Made by a program: the position numbers and the translations under genes | Shown: positions 57,387 to 64,000 of the stretch, one piece after another | Position numbering within the stretch: position 1 is the first letter of the stretch | Layout: every line of letters starts with the position of its first letter | Assembly (NCBI GenBank): GCA_027593235.1 | Contig: JAQCIU010000003.1 | Location: forward strand, 1-64,000 | Source: Chloroflexota bacterium | Lineage (GTDB): Bacteria > Chloroflexota > Dehalococcoidia > UBA2979 | DNA length: 64,000 nucleotides | Direction: 5' to 3' | The notes under the pieces: model-generated | Seen by the model: the letters and a program-made list of their open reading frames with translations, nothing else | Databases searched by the model: none | Told to the model about the DNA's origin: nothing

Positions 57387-58571
57387 GTGGCCCAGCAACG
57401 CGAGGCGGCGATCGTCGGGATTCATGAGTACCCCAGCCGGTACGACCCCGACGTGTCGGCGATTCAGATCAAGGCAGCATCGATCAAGGCCGCGCTCGAC
57501 GACGCGGGGTTGAAGTGGAGCGACGTTGACGCGCTCTACGACGCGCAGGACGGCGAGGGAGGCGGCGGCCTTGGGCTGGCGGCCTACCTCGGGCTGAAGC
57601 CGACGGTGTTGGACACGACGCAGGTCGGTGGGTCCTCGTACGAGTTCCAGGCGGCGCACGCGATGCGCGATATCGCGGCCGGGAAGTGCAACGTGGCCGT
57701 GCTGTCGTACGGCTCCAAGGCGGCGACGCTGCGGACGCCGATCGGTACCGGTGGCGCGACCGGTGGCGGTAGCTGGCAGGCCAACATGGAGGCGCCGTAC
57801 GGCCAGACGCTGATCGCGAACTACGCGATGGTGGCGCACCGGCACATGCACGAGTTCGGGACGACCAGCGAGCAGCTCGCGGAGATCTCGGTGGCGACGC
57901 GCTACCACGCGATGCGGAACCCGCAGGCGGTGCAGGCGATGAACGACCTGCAGTTCGTCGGGGTGAACGAGATCACCATCCAGGACGTGCTGGACTCGCG
58001 GATCATCGCGGACCCGCTGCACCTCCTGGAATGCTGCATGGTCAGCGACGGCGGCGGCGCGGTGATCATCGCTTCGGCCGATGTCGCGCGCGGTACGAAG
58101 AAGAAGCCGGTCTGGCTGATCGGCAGCGGTGAGGCGACGAGTTACCGCGAGAACGGCGGCGACATCACGACGAGCGCCGGTGCGCAGAGCGCGCCGATCG
58201 CCTTCGCCGAGGCGGGTGTGTCCCCCTCGGAGATCGACGTGGCGATGATCTACGACTCGTTCTCGATCACGGTCGCCGTGATGCTCGAAGACCTCGGCTT
58301 CTGCAAGAAGGGCGAGGTGGGCGAGTACATCAGCGGCGGCCGGATGAAGTTCGACCAGCCGGGTGGTCCGGCGTTGAACACCGACGGCGGCGGGCTGTCC
58401 TCCAACCACCCGGGGATGCGCGGCATCTTCCTGCTGCTGGAGAGCGCGCGGCAGCTCCGAGGTGAGTCCACCTCGCAGGCCGCGAACGCGAAGCTGGCGG
58501 TCGCGCACGGCAACGGCGGGCTGCTGGGCGGCACGCACACCGGCGGCACCGTCATCATGGCCTCGGACTAG
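57387..58571 (+). CDS. SCP2-thiolase-like / Ltp2-type protein
   Basis: GAGGAGG RBS; AAIVG, HMHEFGTT.EQLA, SDGGGAV, IYDSFS, LEDLGFC.KGE, NTDGG.LS..HPG. Confidence 0.9.
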   Translation: MAQQREAAIVGIHEYPSRYDPDVSAIQIKAASIKAALDDAGLKWSDVDALYDAQDGEGGGGLGLAAYLGLKPTVLDTTQVGGSSYEFQAAHAMRDIAAGKCNVAVLSYGSKAATLRTPIGTGGATGGGSWQANMEAPYGQTLIANYAMVAHRHMHEFGTTSEQLAEISVATRYHAMRNPQAVQAMNDLQFVGVNEITIQDVLDSRIIADPLHLLECCMVSDGGGAVIIASADVARGTKKKPVWLIGSGEATSYRENGGDITTSAGAQSAPIAFAEAGVSPSEIDVAMIYDSFSITVAVMLEDLGFCKKGEVGEYISGGRMKFDQPGGPALNTDGGGLSSNHPGMRGIFLLLESARQLRGESTSQAANAKLAVAHGNGGLLGGTHTGGTVIMASD

Positions 58572-58592
58572 TCGGAACGAAGGAGAAGCAAC

Positions 58593-59006
58593 ATGTCCAA
58601 GCGACCGATGCCGAAGTTCTTCGAGCCCGACACGCAGGCGTTCTGGGACGCGACGAACGACGAGCAGCTCGTCTACCAGCAGTGCAAGGCATGCAACGAG
58701 GTGGTGTTCACGCCTCGGGCGCACTGCACCAGCTGCGGCAGTGCTGACCTAGAACAGAAGACGTCCAAGGGGGATGGGACGGTGTACACCTACTCGGTGG
58801 TGCGCCAGAACCGGAACCCGGCGTTCGCCGACCTCGGTGCTTACGCGCTGGCCTACATCGACCTCGACGAGGGCTTCCGCATGCTCTCGAACGTGGTCGG
58901 GGTGGCGAACCCACAGACCGACGTGAAGGTCGGGCAGCGGGTAAAGGTGAAGTTCGAGAAGCAGGATGAGGGCGAGTACCTGATCCCGCTGTTCGAGCCG
59001 ATCTAG
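58593..59006 (+). CDS. DUF35 Zn-ribbon / OB-fold protein
   Basis: FWDA, CKAC...PR..CTSC, GTVYTYSVV, LDEGFRM. Confidence 0.92.
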   Translation: MSKRPMPKFFEPDTQAFWDATNDEQLVYQQCKACNEVVFTPRAHCTSCGSADLEQKTSKGDGTVYTYSVVRQNRNPAFADLGAYALAYIDLDEGFRMLSNVVGVANPQTDVKVGQRVKVKFEKQDEGEYLIPLFEPI

Positions 59007-59034
59007 CCTCGGAAGCACCGCCAGCAGATCGAAG

Positions 59035-59057
59035 CGGCCCCCTCATCGAGGGGGCCG
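59035..59057. repeat. 23-bp hairpin, copy 1 (terminator-like)
   Basis: CGGCCCCCTC-ATC-GAGGGGGCCG, identical to 59700-59722. Confidence 0.88.
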
Positions 59058-59122
59058 CTGTCGTGCCGGGCGGGCGTCGTCGACTCGTACACTGCGAAGT
59101 GAAGCGACGTGGAGGCGAGCTG

Positions 59123-59398
59123 ATGCTGTACGAATACAAGCACACCGGTCGGCGGCGACGCGGTTGCCTCGAGACGTTCGAACTCCGCCGCGGCGTCTCC
59201 GCCCGCGACGATGACGCTCCTTGCCCAGAGTGCGGAACCCTCGAAACCGAGCGCCTCAAGTTCCAGTCCTTTGCCGTCGCTACCCCCTTCGACGCCGCTG
59301 CCGCGCGGGCGCCACGGCCACCCAGACGCGGCCCGTACGACGACTTCACGCGGGAGAATGTCGCCGACGATCGCGATAGCGACGTCGCGCACCTTTAG
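59123..59398 (+). CDS. FmdB-like zinc-ribbon protein (variant)
   Basis: GGAGG RBS; YEYKH...C..TFE......CPECG. Confidence 0.7.
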   Translation: MLYEYKHTGRRRRGCLETFELRRGVSARDDDAPCPECGTLETERLKFQSFAVATPFDAAAARAPRPPRRGPYDDFTRENVADDRDSDVAHL

Positions 59399-59488
59399 GG
59401 CGCGAGGTGTGAGCGTTGTTGCTGCGTAGCCCCCCCGAGGGGGCAGTTTCCCGCCTGTCCGTCCTGGGGACTGGGGAGCGTGTTCTGT

Positions 59489-59519
59489 CAGTTGACAATT
59501 AGTCAACTGGGACTATGCT
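59489..59519 (+). promoter_or_regulatory. Sigma70-type promoter overlapped by a perfect palindromic operator
   Basis: TTGACA (59492)-16 nt-TATGCT (59514); CAGTTGAC-N5-GTCAACTG at 59489-59509. Confidence 0.7.
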
Positions 59520-59568
59520 CACCGGCATCAACAGCGGCAAGGATGCCCGCACTGAGAGGATTCCGGCC

Positions 59569-59679
59569 GTGAAGTATGAGCGACCGCAGATCGTGCGCAA
59601 CCGCGTGATCGGTCAGATGATTCAGGAGACCTCCCTCGTCATCTGCACCTTCCCGGATCAGCTGAACTGCCAGTTCTAG
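59569..59679 (+). CDS. 36-aa RiPP (lasso-peptide-like) precursor MKYERPQIVRNRVIGQMIQETSLVICTFPDQLNCQF
   Basis: GAGAGGA RBS, GTG start, GC3-rich codons, own promoter and terminator; YxxPxI and GxxxxxT leader motifs. Confidence 0.7.
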   Translation: MKYERPQIVRNRVIGQMIQETSLVICTFPDQLNCQF

Positions 59680-59696
59680 ACCGCGCATCGTTCGGC

Positions 59697-59730
59697 AAAC
59701 GGCCCCCTCATCGAGGGGGCCGTTTTCGTT
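59697..59730. terminator. Bidirectional intrinsic terminator (hairpin copy 2)
   Basis: AAACGGCCCCCTC-ATC-GAGGGGGCCGTTT followed by TCGTT, between convergent genes. Confidence 0.85.
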
Positions 59731-59774
59731 GGAGGCGCATTCGTTGGCGCGCCAGGACCGGGCATGGCGCGCAG

Positions 59775-61745
59775 CTACAGCGTGCGCTTCAACCAATCGA
59801 GGACGTGCTCGTGGTAGGAGCGGACCATTGCCGGGTGACCGGCGCGGACGAAGCCGTGGTAGCCACCGGGGAACCGCACGAATTCGACCTGTTTCCCGAG
59901 GCGTTTGAGCGCGGTGTAGTACTCCTCCGACTGTGAGATCGGGCAGCGGATATCCGCTTCGCCGTGGAGCAGCAGCACCGGCGTCTTCACGTTCGGGGCA
60001 TAGGTGATCGGCGAGTGGGCGACGTAGGCCTCGAAGTTCTCGAGGGGCGTGCCGCCCCATTGCTGTTCGCCGAACTGCACGGAGATGTCGGACTGGCCGT
60101 ACATCGAGACGAGGTTGGTGACGGGGGCCGCGACGATCGCCGTCTTGAACCGATCGGTGTGGCCGACGGTCCACGAGGTCATGAAACCGCCGTACGAGTA
60201 GCCGTGAATCGCGAGGCGGCTCGCGTCGACGTAGTTGCGGCGGAGGACGCGGTCGACGGCGGCCATCTGATCCTCGTAGTCCTCGCCACCCCAGTCCTCG
60301 AAGACGCGCGAGACGAAGTCGCGGCCGTAGGTCGATGACCCGCGAGGGTTGATGTAGAGCACGAGGTAGCCGGCGCCGGCGAGCATCTGGTGCAGCGGCA
60401 TCCAGCCGTTGCCGAAGAAGCCGTTGGGGCCGCCGTGAACCTCGAGGACCAGCGGGTACTTCTTCTTGCGATCGAAGTCGGGCGGGAAGGTCAGCCAGCA
60501 CTCGATGTCGAGGCCGCCGCGCTGGAAGGTGAAGCGCTCGGTCTTGCCGACCCCGTAGCCCTCGAGGTACCCGGTGCTCACGGCGCTGACGGCGTGCTCG
60601 CTCTCATCCTCGATATCGACGGCGGTCACCTCGTTGGGGCGGGTGAGGCGGGAGTTGAGGACGGCGGCGCGGGTGGCGTCAGCGGAGAGCGAGAGGCCGG
60701 CACCCAGCTCCTCGGTGGCGCGGAGTGGCTCAACCGTGGAGCCGCTGGGGGTGGTGCTGTAGAGGCCGGTGGAGCCGTGCCGTTCGGCCTGGAAGGTGAT
60801 GCGTCGCGCACCCCAGTGCATCGGCGGCGGGTCGGCGAGCGGGATGTTGGCGCCGGTCGGCTGCAGCGAGTCGTCGGTGATCTGCTTTGGCGCGGCGCCG
60901 TCCTCGAGGGCGACGGTCCAGAGGTAGGACTGCGCGTACGCGTATTCCTGGCCACCCGAGACGAAGGCAAGGCGGTCGCCCTGGGGTGACCAGGCGATCG
61001 GGCTGAGGCCGGAGAGGTTGCGGACGATCCGCCGTACCGCGCCACCGCCCGAGGGCACCACGCACAGCTCCAGCTTGCCCGGCGTGCGTCGCTCGCGCTG
61101 CGCGGAACGATCGCCGGAAGCGAAGGCGATCGATGCGCCGTCCGGCGACGGCGTTGGCGAGTAGCAGTCGTAGTCGCCGCGGGTGAGCTGCTTCGCTTCG
61201 CCGCTGTCGAGGTCGACCCGGAAGAGCTGGCGGTGGGTGTCGCCGCGCCAGCCGAGGCCATCCGCACGGAAGTAGATGCGGTTGACCCGCTTCGCCCTCG
61301 GGATCGACGGGTTGGCGGTAGGGGCGGGCGCGTCCGGATCGACATCGACGGCGAGGACGAGCGCGCCGCCGTTCGGGAGCCAGGCGAGCGAACGGATCGG
61401 CCCGGCAAGGCTGGTGAGCTGACGTGCTTCCCCGCCGTCGATCGGGAGCAGCCAGACCTGGGCGTTCGCAGTGGAGCCGTCGTCATCGCGGCGGCTGCGG
61501 AGGAAGGCGACGGTCTTGCCGTGCGGTGACCAGGTCGGGCGCGAGTCGAGTGGGCCGGCGGTGAGCTGGCGTGCGGTGCCGCCCTCGAAGGGGACGAGCT
61601 CGAGCACGGAGCTGCGCTGGAGGGTGGTGGGATCGACCGCGCCGCGGACGTAGGCGATGGCGCCGCCGTCCGGGCTGATCGCCGGCTCGGCGACGGTGTC
61701 GAGGTCGACGAGCATGCTGGGGTCAATCGGGCGGGTGGCGGGCAT
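59775..61745 (-). CDS. S9 family peptidase (acylaminoacyl / dipeptidyl peptidase)
   Basis: WSPDG-type propeller repeats, PLVLEVHGGP, NPRGS, GYSYGG, LHGEADIRC, H in GYHGF. Confidence 0.93.
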   Translation of the reverse strand: MPATRPIDPSMLVDLDTVAEPAISPDGGAIAYVRGAVDPTTLQRSSVLELVPFEGGTARQLTAGPLDSRPTWSPHGKTVAFLRSRRDDDGSTANAQVWLLPIDGGEARQLTSLAGPIRSLAWLPNGGALVLAVDVDPDAPAPTANPSIPRAKRVNRIYFRADGLGWRGDTHRQLFRVDLDSGEAKQLTRGDYDCYSPTPSPDGASIAFASGDRSAQRERRTPGKLELCVVPSGGGAVRRIVRNLSGLSPIAWSPQGDRLAFVSGGQEYAYAQSYLWTVALEDGAAPKQITDDSLQPTGANIPLADPPPMHWGARRITFQAERHGSTGLYSTTPSGSTVEPLRATEELGAGLSLSADATRAAVLNSRLTRPNEVTAVDIEDESEHAVSAVSTGYLEGYGVGKTERFTFQRGGLDIECWLTFPPDFDRKKKYPLVLEVHGGPNGFFGNGWMPLHQMLAGAGYLVLYINPRGSSTYGRDFVSRVFEDWGGEDYEDQMAAVDRVLRRNYVDASRLAIHGYSYGGFMTSWTVGHTDRFKTAIVAAPVTNLVSMYGQSDISVQFGEQQWGGTPLENFEAYVAHSPITYAPNVKTPVLLLHGEADIRCPISQSEEYYTALKRLGKQVEFVRFPGGYHGFVRAGHPAMVRSYHEHVLDWLKRTL

Positions 61746-61850
61746 GGTGCTGGCTCCTCGGTCGTCGGTCGTCGCGCGCCGGGGCATGCTAGCGGAACGA
61801 GAGGCGCGATCGTCAGGTCGCGACGAGACAACCGGGAGGCGAAGAGGGCG

Positions 61851-62675
61851 ATGAGCAAGCTCGACGGACAGGTCGCGATCGTGACCGGCGGGGCGTGGGG
61901 CATCGGCGGCGCGACGGCGCGACGCCTCGCGAGCGACGGGGCGCGGGTGCTGGTCGCCGACCTCGACGTGGCGGGTGCGACCTCGAACGTCGCGCGGATC
62001 GCCGAGGCGGGCGGGACGGCGATCGCGATGTCGGTCGACGTCGCCGACGGCGCGCAGATCGAGGCGATGGTCGCTCGCGCGGTGGCGGAGTGGGGGCGGC
62101 TCGACATCCTGTTTCAGAACGCCTACCGCGACGACGGGTCACACGCCGGGAGCGCGGTCGAGCTGGAAGAGGCGTCGTGGGACGGGGCGATGGCGATCCT
62201 GGTGAAGGCGCTATACCTCGGGGCGAAGTACGCGGTGCCGCAGATGCGGGCGAGCGGCGGCGGGAACATCGTCAACACTGCCTCGGTGCACGGGGTGCTG
62301 ATGGCGCCGCGGCGGATCGCATACGAGACGGGGAAGTCGGCGGTGATCGGGCTGACGCGCCAGATGGCGACCGACTTTGGCCCCGACAACATCCGTGTGA
62401 ATTGCATCCTGCCCGGGCACATCGTCACGGAGCGGACGGCGCCGCGCTGGGCCGAGAACCCGGAACGTCTCGAGTTCTTCAAGCAGCACTACCCGTTGCG
62501 CCGGGTCGGCGCGCCGGACGACATTGCGAACGCGGTCGCGTTCCTCGTGTCCTCGGAAGCGTCGTTCATCACCGGGCACGCGCTCGCGGTGGACGGGGGG
62601 ATGACAGTGCAACTGCAGGAGGATCTCACTGTCGCGACCGCCCGCTACGCGCGCGAGCACGACTTCGAGCTGTAG
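61851..62675 (+). CDS. Short-chain dehydrogenase/reductase
   Basis: TGGAWGIG, NTAS, YETGK, IRVNCILPG, FITG..LAVDGG. Confidence 0.93.
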   Translation: MSKLDGQVAIVTGGAWGIGGATARRLASDGARVLVADLDVAGATSNVARIAEAGGTAIAMSVDVADGAQIEAMVARAVAEWGRLDILFQNAYRDDGSHAGSAVELEEASWDGAMAILVKALYLGAKYAVPQMRASGGGNIVNTASVHGVLMAPRRIAYETGKSAVIGLTRQMATDFGPDNIRVNCILPGHIVTERTAPRWAENPERLEFFKQHYPLRRVGAPDDIANAVAFLVSSEASFITGHALAVDGGMTVQLQEDLTVATARYAREHDFEL

Positions 62676-62684
62676 GCGAGTCCC

Positions 62685-63458
62685 ATGCGCGTAGCGCTGT
62701 TCTCGGATATTCACGGCAACTCGATCGCCCTCGATGCCGTGCTCGCAGATATCGAGGAACACGGCGGGGTCGATGCGACCTGGGTGCTCGGTGACCTCGT
62801 GGCGATCGGGGCCGACCCGGTTGGTGTCCTTGAACGACTCGAGGCGCTGCTATCCACGACCATCATCCGTGGCAACACCGATCGGTATGTGACCACAGGT
62901 GACCGACCGCCGCCGACCGAGCCGGACGTGCGTGGCGACCCCTCGTTGTTTGCGCGATACACCGAAGTACAGCGGAGCTTCGCGTGGACACAGGGAATGG
63001 TCACCGCAGCGGGCTGGCTCGAGTGGCTGTCAGCGCTACCGCTCGATGCCCGTTTGCTCTTGCCAGACGGAACACGGCTGCTCGGTGTTCATGCGTCGCC
63101 CGGAACCGACGACGGTCCGGGGTTCCATCCCGGACAAGGCGACGACGAGCGTGCCGCCGCCGTCGCCGGTTGCGAGGCAGATCTCGTAGTGGTTGGGCAC
63201 CGGCACTACCCGGCCCGGTGGTCTGTCGGTGGCATCGACGTCATTGCGCTCGGCAGTGTCAGCAATCCGCTCGCTCCGGATCTGCGAGCGAGCTACGTGG
63301 TCCTCGAGGCTGACGAGCGCGGCTACGAGGTCGAGCATCGCCGCGTTGCCTACGACCTCGATGCGTCGATCGCTGCGACCGACGATGTGCGGCACCCGGC
63401 GGCCGAATTCATCAACCGGTACTTCAGAGGCGAGATGGTTCCGCATTGGCGGCGCTAG
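62685..63458 (+). CDS. Metallophosphoesterase (YfcE/MJ0936-like)
   Basis: SDIHGN, LGDLV, RGNTD, VHASP, GHRH, GSV. Confidence 0.9.
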   Translation: MRVALFSDIHGNSIALDAVLADIEEHGGVDATWVLGDLVAIGADPVGVLERLEALLSTTIIRGNTDRYVTTGDRPPPTEPDVRGDPSLFARYTEVQRSFAWTQGMVTAAGWLEWLSALPLDARLLLPDGTRLLGVHASPGTDDGPGFHPGQGDDERAAAVAGCEADLVVVGHRHYPARWSVGGIDVIALGSVSNPLAPDLRASYVVLEADERGYEVEHRRVAYDLDASIAATDDVRHPAAEFINRYFRGEMVPHWRR

Positions 63459-63485
63459 GCATCGCTCAGTCGAGACGAAGTCGCG

Positions 63486-63536
63486 ACTCTTTCCAAGATG
63501 GAAAATGCCAGATAAACTCTTTCCGCAATGGAAAGT
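63486..63536. promoter_or_regulatory. Two tandem palindromic operator sites
   Basis: ACTCTTTCC-AAGAT-GGAAA and ACTCTTTCC-GCAAT-GGAAA, 30 bp apart, just before an ATG. Confidence 0.7.
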
Positions 63537-63545
63537 GATGCTGCA

Positions 63546-64000
63546 ATGACAGACGAAACGAGATACGTGGGTCCGGACGAAGCGCGGTCCGCTCTCGCAT
63601 CATTGGCCGAGGCGGAGCGAGCGGGCCGGATACGCAGCGCGCGTCCGCGCTGGTTCGGCGTGGTGATGGCATTCCTCCTCGGCGGTTTGGTGGCGACTCC
63701 CGCGTTGGCGGATGCGGAGGGGCTGGTGAGCAAGGAGCTCGCCACCATCGTCCTGATCCTTGGGTTCGCGCTCGTTGTGGCCGGTCAGCGCCAACGAGCG
63801 GATGCCTGGCCGCAGGATTTCCCGGGTGGCAAGGGGCAGACGGCATTGGCTCTGACGATCACGATCGGGCTCTCACTGGCCCTGTACGCCATTGGCATCG
63901 TGCTGCGCGATGCTGCTGACCTGTGGTGGGGACCACTGGCCTCCGGCGTTGTCGCGGGCGCCCTCGTCTTCTTGCTCGTTAATCGGGAGCGTCGGTCGAT
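63546..64000 (+). CDS. Hypothetical membrane protein, runs off the window end
   Basis: Hand translation MTDETRYVGPDEARSALASLAEAERAG...PRWFGVVMAFLLGG..., about 4 hydrophobic segments. Confidence 0.65.
   Translation, partial: MTDETRYVGPDEARSALASLAEAERAGRIRSARPRWFGVVMAFLLGGLVATPALADAEGLVSKELATIVLILGFALVVAGQRQRADAWPQDFPGGKGQTALALTITIGLSLALYAIGIVLRDAADLWWGPLASGVVAGALVFLLVNRERRS

Noticed and set aside
57153-58724. N-terminal extension of the 735-aa minus-strand ORF
   Set aside because: Antisense shadow of the thiolase-like gene; the lipoprotein starts near 57152-57179
59775-61745. S9 peptidase as a dedicated lasso isopeptidase
   Set aside because: Looks like a generic cytoplasmic acylaminoacyl peptidase and lies outside the repeat-flanked module; adjacency alone is insufficient

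Overview
GC-rich bacterial chromosomal segment, densely coding (about 60 genes). I saw no rRNA, tRNA, CRISPR array, transposase or phage genes. The gene mix (five family III CoA-transferase genes, two F420-type LLM oxidoreductases, LysM/CHAP exported proteins) suggests Chloroflexota, possibly Dehalococcoidia/Tepidiformia-like; this is inference only. Ordinary content includes putA (partial), ald, purK/purE, two cobalamin adenosyltransferases, pepC, chrA, an ABC exporter, a PrrAB/MprAB-like two-component system and a sucrose/mannosylfructose-type synthase-phosphatase-hydrolase trio. Notable items: (1) a three-gene SipW-type peptidase / TasA-like pilin / RTX-repeat cassette (22836-25725) that looks like a donor-strand surface fibre system. 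(2) An unannotated 36-aa lasso/RiPP-like precursor (59569-59679) with its own promoter, operator and terminator, inside a module flanked by identical 23-bp hairpins. (3) A GEMM-I cyclic-dinucleotide riboswitch with A at position 20 (cGAMP-type variant) ahead of a CHAP-SH3 / 3D cell-wall hydrolase that is split by an in-frame TAG. (4) Four genes that appear to start at ATC or CTG. (5) A recurring unnamed 'PGAP' module in three exported proteins. All calls come from reading motifs by eye; no database searches were run.
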